A DNA stretch of 64,000 nt from Podarcis pityusensis (lineage: Eukaryota). A program made the position numbers and the translations under genes. Shown here piece after piece: positions 12,355 to 26,614 of this stretch (position 1 is the stretch's first letter; every line of letters begins with the position of its first letter). The notes under the pieces are model-generated. The model was not told the DNA's origin and did not search any database. It worked only from the letters and a program-made list of their open reading frames with translations. Location: the NCBI GenBank assembly GCA_964106645.2, contig OZ067044.1; one strand, given 5' to 3'.

Positions 12355-13639
12355 TCTGTTTTCATTGCAAATGGAAGAAACTAAAGTCCCAGCATGGGTA
12401 AAACCTGTGCTAGTTTTTTCAAGAACTCAACTGAACTCACCATGAACACTTCCTTTGTTCTCTTATAATGGCAATGGCGCCATTTCTGGCTGAAAAAAAG
12501 CCAGAAACAAACATGTACTATTTCGAGGTTCATGTCCTCACTCTTTCAGGGATTTCTTCATGCACTTCCAAGTTAGTTTTCTGTTGTCAAACTTGGAATC
12601 TGAGCAGCTCTGTTTAGTTTTTCTGCTAGAACTGGACCATGAGTATTTTTATTTTTTACAGATTATGGTGTTCTGTTGTGCAGTGCATATACACACAACC
12701 AAATATACAACTCTGTACTTGTCGTGCACAATATACACTTGCTTTTCTTCTTTCTCCCTCCACCCCATATTAACAGAGCTAGCACAAGGGGTTTTACCAC
12801 CTGGTGGAGCTAGGCATCGTAAGATCTTCCTATGTCAAGGTGAAATTGTACCCCAGAAACTGGCTATGTCAAAAGCAGTGTGAAAGCCTGGATCTGTGCA
12901 GGGCTTTCAGCCCCTTGACCTAAGCCCTCCTAGGTGGTCACCTACTTTGCTTTAAAAATGTTTTAAATGCCTTTAAATTACTGTTTTAGTTGTGGTCAAT
13001 GCACATTGGCAAGATTTGAGAAAACATTGCTTTGCCTGTCTTTAGAGTCCCTCTCCTAGAATTTATAATATGCTCTCTATGGAAGGAGCCCCCCTCCCCA
13101 CCCCATATGATGATCCTTGAGGGTATACAAAAGTTTTATTCTTTTGTCCAAGGTGTCATTACATGGCTTTAACAATTCTGGGATCATAACAGCACAGAAT
13201 TTTCAAGTGTTTGGCCCATCATCTGGTCTAATTGCTTGTTCTAAGGTAGAATACCCTACCTCTATCTCTAACAAGTGCCAGTTCAGCCTTTCCTTGAAAA
13301 CATCTAAGTAAGAAGATTGTACAACTTATTAGACTTCTTGTTTCACTGAAACATTTAACTAATGTTTCCAGAAATGTAAGCCCATTCTTTCCTTTCCTAT
13401 TGTGCTATTGTGAACATTGTTCTTCCCCACAAGTGTTGCAAACATTCTCAATCTACCATAGTTTCTTTGTCAGTAAATGCCAATATATTGCTTGACGAAT
13501 TCAGCAGCATAATCTCACTCTGGAATCAGATACAGAATCTGCTCCCCTTTCTTGTCATGTTGTTTGTTATGTACAACCATTAAAATGTCTTCCCAATGGC
13601 AATAACATTGATACTATGCTACCTAAATTTCAAACATTG

Positions 13640-14269
13640 TATCATGGACTTGTTGGATGCAGAGGAATGGTGGGAGGAACCAGATAGGGAACCACTCAGG
13701 GAAGAATGCTCAAAGCCTGGGCAGTGGTGGTGGGACAACAATGAGTGATCAGAGGGAGAAGCTTGGGAGGAGGTGTCAGAAGCTGAAGAGGTAACAGTGA
13801 GCTGGGTGAGTCTGTGGCAGAGAGAAGTTCAGAATCGGAGGCAGAAGATGAAGCTGCTGAGTGGGAGGAGGGAGGCCAAGAGACGAGCCAGAGAGATATG
13901 TCAAGCAGAGATGAATCAGGCTGGTGAAAAGTCATGGGTGTCTATCCCTCCTACTGCAACAAGCTCCCCTCCTCCTGTCTCCCAGAACTAGAAGAGGCAT
14001 GAAAGGGGCGGAGGAGAGGCTGGCTGCACACAGACACAGTCTCTGATTGCTTGGAGGAAAACCCTGGAGAGGAGAGGACTTAAGGCAGCTGTGGGGAGGC
14101 AGGGGCTTTCAGTCTCGGCAACTGATGCATGGCATAAGAAGACCTACTGGAGATGGGTTGCTGTGCTCATTAGGCCCGATACCCAGGCACGAGAAGATCA
14201 CGCTTTTGCTAATAAAGAGTTTACTCCAACTTTGAATGGTGTGATTTAATGCTGGCTTGCTCTTTGACA
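13640..14269 (+). mobile_element. Solo LTR (630 bp), Gypsy-like
   Basis: Termini TATCA (for TGTCA)...TGACA, imperfect 5-bp TSD cattg / cactg, purine-rich U3, AATAAA at 14211-14216; composition differs sharply from the flanks. Confidence 0.75.
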
Positions 14270-14421
14270 CACTGTAGCAGCAATTGCCTTCTGCTGACTG
14301 GGAGCATCTGATCCTGGGGTCCTTCTGAGAGCCCTCGTTCCTCTCCTTTAACTTATAAGCTACTATATAAGCCAATTTAATTTTAATTTTAGCTCAGTTT
14401 ACCACTGGGATAAACCTACCC

Positions 14422-14629
14422 TAAGAACATAATAAGAGTCCTGCTGGATCAGGCCAAGCATCCATCTAGTCCAGCATGCTCACAGCATCCTCACAGTGAC
14501 AAAGGGATGCTCATGGGAAGCGCAGAAGTAGAACCTGAGTGCAGCTGCGCTTTCCCCGCTAGAGATTCCCAGCACCAGGTATCCAGAGGTATACTGCATC
14601 TGACAGCAGAGGCAAAGCATAGCCATCAT
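14422..14629 (-). mobile_element. CR1 LINE 3'-end fragment
   Basis: taagaacataataagagtcctgctggatcaggccaa...catctagtccagcat is the reverse complement of the CR1 terminus seen at ~7780-7830. Confidence 0.75.
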
Positions 14630-15256
14630 ACCCTAATATGTCCCGACAAATTAGTGGTTGATATCTGCTGAATTAACAGAGACAGAGCAATAAGGCCAAG
14701 GCAACAACATGAAGTGAGATATATTGGAGCAGAAGTGGTTCAGATCAGAACCCATTTGATAACTTTAACTAAAAAAAAGAAGACTTCTCAACAAGAACAT
14801 AGAGCATTCCATTAAATACACAAAACATTGTTTCTAGCTCCTAAGACTTACAAACTTGCAAATGTATATATGTGCTCTAACTGATATAATGGGCTTTCTT
14901 TCTTTCTTTCTTTCTTTTTCATGCTGTAGCACAATAGCAGCCAAAACTGAGACCTCCTCTAGACAGCATGCCTAATGATAATGGATAATGGGACTTGCAG
15001 TATCTGAGGGGAACCATATTGGTGGCTGCTGCTATAGAGCATCTATTCTAAAAAACAATAGTTCAAATTAAAATATCTCTTTAGATTCCTAGAGGAAGAA
15101 CAGTATGGACTTTATGCTGAATGGTTTGCCAACGAAGAAACTGGATACAACTCTCTTCGTTACCCAAAGAAGTAGGTTGTTTATTTATAGGAACTTGCAC
15201 TTTAAATTTACAGAATAGGAAATATTTGCTCAGGTCATTAGGAAATACTGTTACCA

Positions 15257-15304
15257 GGAAGGAAGGAAGGAAGGAAGGAAGGAAGGAAGGAAGGAAGGAA
15301 GGAA
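15257..15304. repeat. (GGAA)12 microsatellite
   Basis: Direct reading. Confidence 0.95.
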
Positions 15305-16282
15305 CTTGTGGGTCTGGGTGCAACAAAAGATTAAACATAAATTTATATCTTTTTTTCAACTTCCCAACTTGCTATGACACTGGATGTTATATAATTTCAG
15401 TGACATTACTTCCTATTCATTTGATTATAAGCTTTTCTAATAAATACATAATGAAAGAGCATACATATTAATGAATCCTATGACAAACACGTTAACATGC
15501 AACTCTACATATTAATCTTGGTAAGCAGAAATCCTATTTACTTTTTCCTCTTCACTACACTAACATTTTGACAGTTTGCTAGCCCCTCCAGTGCCGTTTC
15601 TTCCATTCCCTGCATACATACTACTGCCTCTGGTCATGTTTGGTAGCAAAAGTGAAGGGCAGGCCACCTTCATCTGGGACGGGAGCAGTACTGCTCTGGA
15701 GAAATGAATATTATCTCTCCACCAGTTACATTCAGGTCTGCTTGAAGGGCCTTGGAAACGCGCAATAAACATGTGTGTGTGATAATGAGATTGTTGGTGG
15801 AAAGTCATCTTGAAAAGACAAGGAGCAATTAAGCTTGCTTACTTACACAAGTTAGAATGACAAGATGCCACTGCTGGCCCCACTCATCCATATAATAGGG
15901 TTCTCCTATCCAGCTTAGCTACACTGGGAAAGGCATATCCTGTCAAACCTCTGCCATGGCTCCACCGTGACACAATCTGCCTTCTTTCCTTTTGTACACA
16001 TTTTATTCCTACCATCACATCAGTGTCCTAATTTCAACTGTCTATGAGCAAATTCCGGAATTAAAATATTTCTACAATTCAGTGCAAAAGCCCCTTGTAG
16101 AACTGAATATTTATTTGTATCTGTAGACTCTCTTGTCCAATTTTAATTGCATACTTAAAGGTGTCACTGGATGCACATGTCAGTTGCCCATAAGCATTTA
16201 TTAATGCAATGTGTTGAGTCAACAGATACTGCATCCACTGTTCGTTAACTTAAAAATTTAGACAGTGTATCTCAGAGGCTAT

Positions 16283-16283
<1 letters not shown>

Positions 16284-16343
<60 letters not shown>
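16284..16343. repeat. (CA)n(GA)n compound microsatellite
   Basis: Direct reading. Confidence 0.95.
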
Positions 16344-16348
<5 letters not shown>

Positions 16349-19143
16349 GCGGAAGAGGGGAAAACACATGATTATTTGGTAAAGATAATGTAGCCATCGG
16401 TTGCTTGACTGAAATGATGAAGCTATCAATTAAGGAAGGAGCCCACCTCACTGTAAGTCAGTGACAAGCATAAATAGTGTATCCAGTTTCTTGTATTAGA
16501 TGTGTCATTGTAGATCTCTCTACTTGGTATTTGAGCAAGCCAGAAAATAGCATCAGCATTTTTTCCACATCTGGTGATAGTAAAATTCATTGGACCCATG
16601 GACTCTTTGGCTACCTGACCCTTTGAAAATTACTCTGATTGCCATACTTCCGTCTGCACCTTTTCACATGTGACAGAACAAAGCTATAAACATTCGCTCT
16701 TTATGTAGCAGAGCCACTCATTTTCAATTCTCTCCACACCCCAAACTTTTCCTTTTGAAATATGAAATTGTCCTTAAGTTTACAAAAGATTATGATGGCA
16801 TCCGCAGATGAAGAATTAAAATGAATTCCTAGTCATTTTCTCTCTGCACCCTACATATTTCTCCTACCCTTGCAATATTCAGCACAAATTATCAATGGTT
16901 GTGTCCACACTAGGCTGTTAAAGTGTATGTGGGCTGGTTTCCATTTTGTTCATATTAACGCTTGCAATTTTATGCCTCCAATGTTTCCCATTCACGCTCG
17001 TGAGTGGTGCTTGTTAGACTGTATTCACACTGTGTGTTTTCATCCCCTTCATTCAAGTGGTGCTTCTCTGCATTAATTTTTGAAAGGCAAGGTTTTCAAT
17101 CAAACATATTTGAACAAGGGAGCAGTAAAATAAATAAATACATAAAATGGGTTGCCACTTCTATTTCAGAGAGAGAGGGGAAAGGGGGGGGGAGACAGAA
17201 GGAGAGGCTGTCTCAGGATCTGTAAGTAAATGAAAAATAATCACAAATTTGGTGTGCAACTCTTCTGGATTATATTAAAACTTTTTAGTGTCTGGATCTA
17301 CTATGTTCAACATTTCTGTTTAGTACTTCAATCCACTCCTTTCTTGCTGTTTAAATCACTTTATCTTAACAGACCATTGCCAACCTGCAAAGCCATATAA
17401 ATTCACCAGAAAGAACTTCATGTGTAGGCTATGTTGTCTATGAAGTTTCTTCTGTGGTCACTTCTGTGGCTGAACAGCCAAACCGGTTTTAAACTGGAAG
17501 ACGTCTTGTTTGTTCCTCTAGGTGTGTGGCAGTGGTATAATCTTTTAAGACAACTCTGGCTTGTCATACAGGTTCTGTATTGTGCTTGCATAGGGTTTTT
17601 TCAGAATTACAGCACAAGTAGACCGAAATTATTGGTAGGCTGAACTTTACTCACCTAATTGCTCCAACTCTGGTGGTGTTTTCAAGACACACAGACAGTA
17701 ATATAAATTGAGAAAAAAATTGCATATGATTACTTTAGTTCCAGGTCAAATTATATGTATGTGGCTTGTCTGGAGTCCACCTTTGTTTAGGCTAACCCAT
17801 AACACATTTAGAATGTTACAGACACAGTGCTTAAGAAGAAGAAATTACAAAAGTGAAGATTTGGCAAAATATGATTTCTCAAAATGTAGGCGGCTATGGG
17901 AAGGCATTTTTCATAATTGGTGGATTATTTGGTTTTGAAAGTGTACTTATGGGGAGGCAAAGGCTGAAAAAATGTATAATTCATTTAAAAATGTAATCTA
18001 TTAGATGAGAACAAGCATGCCAATTGTAAATTTACTAATAATTTTGTTTTTTAAAAATTAAAGTCTGCTATAAGGGCACCCTCGCCTTCCTCTTCCCTCC
18101 TGTACTAAGGCAAAGATCAGAAAGTAGAGGGAAAGGTCGTTTAGTGTACTGCTGGTAAAATACAAATGAGAAAAAAGGATTAATTATATCACTTATTGCA
18201 TCCAGGGGGCCAGGAGGTTTGACCGTCTATTTTACCATACCTTATAATTTTGAAGAATTCAGTGCATTTGGGCATTGCAAATGAACTGCTATCCAAAGCA
18301 CTGTTAATAATCTAAAGTTGGCTGTTAACATTGTAGACGCCACTGCCCATATAATTTCAGTGAATGACCTGAATGACACTGCAATGGAAAGTGAAATACC
18401 TCTCTTCCTTCTTTATGTTATTTGCCTTGAGCTAAGGCTGCTCCACATTGTGTACGTTTAGTCAAGCCCGCATGATGAAAGGGCAGCAAATAAACTCAGA
18501 CTCATGCTTTGCTAAAGCTTCTTCTTCAGCGGAAAAGACTGAAGCAAAGGTAAAGTGCAAATGGTGTCAGCCAATTTCTGCCTTCTACTCACTAAGTTAA
18601 GGTAGAAATTGGCTCACACTGTTACATTCCCTAACTGAGCAAAAAGCAAGTGGGTCTTCCTGTGGTCCACAACCTTGAGACTTGAAGAAGCAATTCAGGA
18701 GGTACTAACAGCCCAGGGACCACTTGTAGGAAGACAGCCCTAAACAAGGCAAAGTGTTGGAAAGCTGGTTAAGAAAAAGTAGCAAGGAAGTAAGAAGGGA
18801 TTAGTTCATGCTCAACAAAAGTCCTAATCTTTTAACTCTGTGGTTTTTCTTTGTGGTCGATCAAAAAATATCACTATAGGTTTACATGGAAATAATATTA
18901 TCAGTGCTTCCACATGTTGTTGTGGGATACTTCTTCCTTGTACACAAGGAATTATGACCCTGAATCCTGTAGACTGCCATGGTTTTCAGTGGACTCTGCA
19001 TAAATTATGTGATAAGGGCTACATCCCCTTATGTGATAAGGGGTACAGGATTTGAACTTCTGTAGCATTTTCCAGATGTTTTGGACTAAAAACTCATAAT
19101 CCCCAAACATTGAACATGCTGTCCAAACAGTTTCTGGAGGGCT

Positions 19144-19154
19144 ATTATTATTAT

Positions 19155-19189
<35 letters not shown>
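19144..19189. repeat. (TAT)n(TAG)n microsatellite
   Basis: Direct reading. Confidence 0.9.
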
Positions 19190-22119
19190 TACCACCCTAT
19201 ATTGGCAGATCTCAGGGCAGTTCAAAGATAACAGGTTCCTCACCTCTTTTCTACGGCTTAGCCATTCCTGAGGAATCGTTATCTCTGTAAAGTAATGCAA
19301 GTTTATTCCTAAAATCTGCTGTTAAGGACCATAACACAGGCTTTCAAAAGACTGTCACCTCATTTCTGGTAGCTACTTATTCTACATTCACAGCAACAAC
19401 TTCCTGCTTATGGTCAATGAATGGGTTGTGTGTTTCCTGCAAACAGAAGTAGAAGTTTTACATGGCACAGCAAGAGGATAGAATGGTATCACAGAAGGGT
19501 ATGGCGTCATAGTAAGGTCATCACAATCAGGGAGTAGCCAACATGGGAATGACAGGAAGCAGCTTCCAGAAGTTGAACAGTTGTCCATAGAGGCCTTATT
19601 CATACATTCAGTTGGAAGCAGTACTGACATAACGTGAAGAGTTACAAGCCATTTCTCTTTATCACATGAAGTCTCTTTCTAAACCAAGCAGTCATGTGGA
19701 GGTCTGGTTCATGTCATTCTAGAATCGTGACTGGGACTCCGCAATTGGTCCTTCAAGTGGTGGCCTGGGCTTGCTTTGTGGGGAAGGATAGTAGCTCATA
19801 CCACATATTTACCACCCTATTTCAGTATCATCTGTGGCTAAAAACTTGGGTATTCTATGTTTTTCACACATGAAAGAGAACTCTTGAAGACATTATGACC
19901 GGATTTATATATAATGCTAAGCCAAACCAAGCATGAATGAGGTGATCTTTAAGGTGATCACAGCTGACTTGATAAATGTTGATATAGCTGCTGTAAGTTA
20001 AACCATGGTTTGGCTTTGTGTGTAATTTGAACTTGGAGTCATGGTTTGTCTTGCTCTGGACAAACCATGAGCTGTAACCAGTTTCTTCTTGGTTTAGAAA
20101 CTCCTCTCCAGGAGTCCACACATTCACACAAAGTCATGTTTTAGCTTACATTGTGCACAAAGTCAACCTTTTAACTTGATCCCGAGTGTGAAATTCACAT
20201 ATAGAAACAGGTTTATATGAATTCCATTATGAGTAAGAACCAATTTTGCACAATCCATTCCGAAGCACCATAGCCAGTACCCAGAGGGCATTCATATTTC
20301 CTGTTTCCCATGGGAAACATATGGAGTGCAAAGATATGGGCAGTGCTGTGCCAGCTCTAACACTGGCATTCATCTTCATGAAAAAGAACAACAGGTGATC
20401 TGCACTGTCAAAAAGTGGTGATGGAGACTGTGTGTGCAAATGCTATGGGACCAAGTTAGATATTTGCATGCTACTCTAAGTAGGCATATTTGAAGTGGGA
20501 CTTATCTGTGGATTTTAGAGAACAAGAGGAACAGTTTCCCTATGACTATGCTACACCAGCACAATGTTCTGTTGTTTTTCAATATATTTTAAATGGATTT
20601 TCAAGATAACAGTACAAATATCAAATATGCCCCCCATTTATAGCTGCACAATGTTAACGGAGCATAGAAAACCTTTGTTTACGATGATTCAAGCAAAATA
20701 TATTAACTGCAGTTTCAAATGGGGGTGTGTGTTTAGGTATCAAGAGGTAGGCTGGCAATAAATAAGGCAAACAGGTTTCCAAGACCAGTGTTTCTTTTCC
20801 TTTTCTAGGATAGGCTCTCGGGCTATTTTAGACCCTGCTACCAGGGATAGCCATGACAATAAATCCATGTAAATTTATTGAGGTCATGGGTGGTTTTTTA
20901 TTTAAAAAAATTACTATATTTTCATGGTGTTAGCTAAGGCATGACAAGCAGTATGCTTTTGCGGTTACCAATACTTTGTGGATGACTGGATTAAGCTTGT
21001 TTTCGGTCTTGTACCTTACAGCCCACCAGAGGCATGCTGACATCACTCAGAACTGTTCTGTGTGTTCTGTGTTACTGCTTCCAGGCAGTGCACCAATTTC
21101 CTGTGTATGCTATTTCTTCCTACATGAATGAATCCCTCGGAGGTACATTTTCAAGGAAACATGTAAGAGGCCTGTAGATGGAGTTAAGTAACATATATGG
21201 TGTGATTCCATAGTGCATGTACTTTCTTTCAGCCACCTTCAAAACAATGCTTGAATGTCAACAGTGACTTAGCTCGGTCTTATCTACTGGTCATGGTTAA
21301 GCATGATCACCATTTCCTCTGGGCTGGACTCTGAAACAACAGTAACATTTCAAATGTCTAGAATTATTATTATTTTTTGCAATGTGTGACAGCAGGATCC
21401 TGCATTCATCCTATCTGTTTCTACTTACGATATAGGCACCAGCTCTTTTTCCTGGGTTATATATCTTCTGTAGACCAGCCTGGTTCCGTGTTCTAGGTAA
21501 TGTCCCTTAGCACACCACATTTCCAGTGATTATTAAGACATTTTCAGCTCTTATTGAGGAGATACTGACTTTCTTCCAACATTTGTCCCAATAGCTGGAG
21601 AGGCATGGTAAGGAACAACTGCCTATGCAAATTTGGCCCTTGACACGGCAGGCTGAAGCAATTACCTAGCAATGGATCTGTTAGTTGATAAATATATTTT
21701 TTGTGGCTCAGCTGCTTATCTTCAGGTGGCAACTGTGTGTATGCCTTGAGTATGCCTTGAGCAGCACAGGTACATACATGGCATGAAAAAACTAGCTATA
21801 AAACAAAGACATTTATTTGTTTGGAAGTAAAGTCCCATTAAATTCAATGGGACATACTTCTAGAAAACTAGGTGTAGGATATGGTGGTCTAAGTGCTGGT
21901 GCAGACACTGCTTTAGGCGGCAGTTCTATATACAGACTTACCTGGGAAAATACAGACTTACCTGGGAAATAGTCCCACTGAACTCAATGGGAACTATTTT
22001 GAACAGACATTCATAGGATTGTGCTGTTAATGCTTTCCGTTTCAGTTGCATGCTACAAAGCTAAATCCCCAGCACTTGAAAAACAAGATTAGGTTAAGAA
22101 TTTGAGTGGGAGAGATATA

Positions 22120-22346
22120 CAGTGGTACCTCGGGTTACCATACGCTTCAGGTTACAGACTCCGCTAACCCAGAAATAGTACCTCGGGTTAAGAACTTTGC
22201 TTCAGGACGTGAACAGAAATCGTGCTTCGGCGGTGCAGCAGCAGCAGGAGGCCCCATTAGCTAAAGTGGTGCTTCAGGTTAAGAACAGTTTCAGGTTAAG
22301 AACGGACCTCTGGAACGAATTAAGTACTTAACCTGAGGTACCACTG
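22120..22346. mobile_element. Same MITE, copy 3
   Basis: TA|CAGTGGTACCTC...GAGGTACCACTG|TA; same orientation as copy 1. Confidence 0.9.
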
Positions 22347-24172
22347 TATAGTCATTTAGACTCCTGCTTTCTCCTTTGTTGCAGATAATACTTACTTGAT
22401 CACGACATGTTGATTATTATAAGCTCCTTTTCATTAGTTGCTTTGGATAGTTTTAGTAGAATGGCGAAGTGTAAATACCTTAAACAAGCAAATTGACAAA
22501 ATATTTGTGCAGGAGGAGATAAAGGTGGGGAAGAAAACATACTAGCTGAAACAAAATTACATTAAATCCTGCTCTGCTGTGATACAAGCCACACATCCAT
22601 TGATTTAATGTGAAGTACTAACTATGTGAAGGGGTACAACGCTACACAGGTACTGCTCCTGTAGCAATTACAAATGTAACTGAAATAAAAGCCAGAAACA
22701 GGAAGCCCCCACCCTTAAAAAAAAAAATCATGTCCCCAAGGCAGGCATCTGTCTTAAATGATATAATTTGTCAACTTTCCAGCATCTTTTAGTTCCGAAC
22801 ACAAAAAGTCCTGTTACACAAAGGACATTACATATTCATTAGCTGGAATGTTTCTAAAGTATCTAATGCAGGGTTTTCATTTAATAAGAAGCAGTTACTT
22901 GCAACTGTGCAGTACATAAAAATAAATTCTGGGCACACTAATAGCTGTTCTAACCTGGGTTTGATGGAACTTTTTGGGGACAGGACAAGGGTTTTAAACA
23001 GTGAGCACATTATTGCCACATGCTAAAAACTAGCATATAGCCTAAAATCTAGATTTTTGAGTGGGGTGATGAAATCTAAAAGTACTAAGACAGTTTAAAA
23101 AAGTTATCTATACAGGTCACATGTGAGAGGTACCACATCTGAAAGTGGTGTGTGTGGTTTTTTTAATCAAACAAAATAGTAATTAATCTTCTATTTACCC
23201 CTCACAATGAGGATTACGTAGTGCATATTTAAACGGCATATAAGATTTAACTACCGTGCAAACTGCCCCAACGCTGCCCTGCCAATGACCTTAAGCACAA
23301 CATGGAAGGAAGGCCATTCTCTGTAGAAAAGAGAAGTAATTTATCCACTACAATTGTTTGGCCCCAGCCCCCTTCTCTAAAACTGAGGCTGACAGTTGTG
23401 TTGAATTATGGATAGTGTATTTGCAGTGTGTACAATAATCTCTTAAAGAAAGTGTTGAGAACATCAAACTTATTTTACTTATAATTTCAGGCTATGTTTA
23501 AACAATGGCCTTGGAGCAGATGTAATAGTTGCTAAATTTTTTAATCTCCACAAGCATTTCACTTATAACGGCCGCTATCTTCCAAACACCAAATCCAAAT
23601 GCAAGCAATGGAACTTGCTCCTAAATAGTGGGGAGAACTGAAATCATGATGTCTTAATAGAATCTGTTTCCTTAGAGTAAATAAAAACAGTGTAAAAACG
23701 ATCAAAGCCCACAAAAGAGGATGGCTCCCCGCCCCCTTTTAATGGTGTGCTTTGTTTTTCTTTTACTTGAGGTTACCATATCACCCCAAACATGCACTCA
23801 CATTCAGGATTTATCATAGCCCCTCAAAACATAATAAATTTCTCTTCTCTAGCTTAAGGGATCCATCAGTTAAAATGTTAGTCTTTCATCTTTATTACCC
23901 TCCCATTAAAATGAGAGAAACCGGGACTCACTTCAGTTTAGAAGAAGCAATTTGGTCGGTAATGTCCTTACTACTCAAGTCTTTACAAAGAGAGAAAAGT
24001 GCATTACCGCTTATATTTCACACATATATCTGACTAAGAAGCAAGTAAACCTTTCAGATGCATACTATGTTAAATTTAATAATATTCTTTGATTAGATTA
24101 TTTTATTGCAACATTTTGCCATTGCCAGTCATTCCCCATACACATTTATGTTAATAAAACCTGCAGTTTTTT

Positions 24173-24174
<2 letters not shown>

Positions 24175-24247
<73 letters not shown>
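24175..24247. repeat. (TC)n(TG)n compound microsatellite
   Basis: Direct reading. Confidence 0.95.
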
Positions 24248-24250
<3 letters not shown>

Positions 24251-26564
24251 AAGACTGCCTGCTCTTCTACAGCTGTTAGATCTGAAATGGACAGATTAAT
24301 AACTAACCATCACATTGGACTAGGTTTTTTTGTACATTGCACCAGTAACCCTTTGCTATAATGAGGACACAAAGAGCTTCGCATNNNNNNNNNNNNNNNN
24401 NNNNNNNNNNNNNNNNNNNNNNNNNNNNNNNNNNNNNNNNNNNNNNNNNNNNNNNNNNNNNNNNNNNNNNNNNNNNNNNNNNNNNNNNNNNNNNNNNNNN
24501 NNNNNNNNNNNNNNNNNNNNNNNNNNNNNNNNNNNNNNNNNNNNNNNNNNNNNNNNNNNNNNNNNNNNNNNNNNNNNNNNNNNNNNNNNNNNNNNNNNNN
24601 NNNNNNNNNNNNNNNNNNNNNNNNNNNNNNNNNNNNNNNNNNNNNNNNNNNNNNNNNNNNNNNNNNNNNNNNNNNNTAGCTCAGACTGAAGAAAAGCAAA
24701 CAAACAAACAAATAACATTTCTGAATACTGCCGCAAACTTTTCCCTCAGCAGCTGCAATTATCTGTATTTGCACAGCATGGCAATTATACTCAGCAATTG
24801 GCTTCTCCTCCCCCACAAAAAAATTAACATTATAATGTTATTGAAATATGATTTAATTTTAAAAGGTATTAAAATGCTTCAGTGCAACAGTTCAATAAAA
24901 AATGTACAGGGTAAAATGTGCATAATACTGCAAGTGAATATATTTGGTGGAGAATATATATGTGTATCTAAAAAACAACTACGACAACATTACAGGTTTG
25001 GCCTTTCTTGACACATTTTCCTTGTCTGTGTTTGCTATATGTAGAAAAACTCAAGTTGCTGCTGTCTGCAAACATCCAACTTTTTCCACAGCAAGCAAAT
25101 TTGAGTGGAAAGGTTAAATTAAAAGTTTTTTGGGGGGGAGGCGCAATATGCAGTGCTATCCTAGGTGTAGCTCCTCAGAAGTAATTTCCATTTAGTTCAA
25201 TGTGACTTACTTCCAAGCATGTGGAGGTTTGCAGCCTCCATGAGTTATTTTCTTAAAAAGCCAATTCTCTATCTAGAATATACAAGACATTTCCTAGACG
25301 TTTTATAATTGGTATTATACTATTATTGGTATTCAATCTGAATGAATATTTGCATTCATTTAAGGATTAACTCTGTAAAGAGTTTTTAAAGTATCTTTTT
25401 ATAAAACAGTCAAAGCCAGGATCCAAAGTTCTGTGCATGCAACAGGGCTTTTCTTGACCACCAGTTGCAGGACAGCCCCTGGTGTCCTGCCTGTCATACT
25501 AATCCAGGATATAAGACTGTGCAATGGGCTACAGCTGGAAAGGAAAACCATCAGCCCTGCCCTAGCAAGCTGAAGCACTTTTCAATCACGCACTGCCAGG
25601 CAATCTGGATCTTGGCCCAAGTGTCTTCACTGTTAATCCCTTGCAATGAACTGACAGTATTTCCTCTCCATATATGTTTGTTATCTAACCATTAATATAC
25701 CCTCATTCTGACCACTATCCATAACAAGTACTACTTCTTATGCTGCTGCCAAAGACTTCTGCATTATTTAAATTCATCACTTACTTGGAATCAACATAAT
25801 TTATACTATGGTGAGGCAAAAATAAATATTTTAAGTAAAAACAGGGATATGTGGATTTAATAAAAAGTGTGTGTGAGAGAGAGAATAATCCAATTATCAG
25901 GCACAATAGGATACACACATCAGGACTAAGAATTACCTGTAAACACCAAGCCTTTCCACAACATCAAAGTACCACCCTACCACGCCTAGCTTGATTCAAT
26001 GAAGAATGGCCTGGCGAAGAGAACAAGAGAACAACAGCAACAATGCAGCAGCAACAGCAAGAATGTTATGTGAAAAAATCTTTGGGTAAATTAGTAAGCT
26101 CGGAAACTATTGTTTCACATCTAAAGAGAATAAGATGCAGTTGTTAACAAGCACACAATCCAGGTTATGCAACCCACAGTTAAGCATTTATATCCCATTG
26201 ATTCCAATGTTTAACTATCTGATTCCCAGTTTACACTTTGGGGCATGTGCATTTGCTGTAAAGTAACCAAGTGTGAAGTGGAGATACTTGGATGGAAACA
26301 TGCTGAGGTGGACATGCACCGGGGAGCCTCAGCAAATGAGGACTTAACAGTCCACTGTGAGTCTACAATCATGTAAATGTGTTTCACTCATGAAGGTATT
26401 CACTAAGGTCAACACTGGTGTGCATACCTATTGATATTACTCAGTCCTCTCTAGGTCTACATAGAAATAAGTTTTGATCAATTCAAAGGTAAGTGGGCAT
26501 AAGACTACAACCTGAACATACTTGTTAGAAACATTCTTTAATTTAAATTTCAACACTAGGCCTT

Positions 26565-26567
<3 letters not shown>

Positions 26568-26611
<44 letters not shown>
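26568..26611. repeat. (AT)n microsatellite
   Basis: Direct reading. Confidence 0.95.

Positions 26612-26614
<3 letters not shown>

Noticed and set aside
13696-14375. ORFs within the 630-bp purine-rich block as gene exons
   Set aside because: The block has LTR termini, a TSD and a polyA signal; the ORFs are short and compositionally biased.
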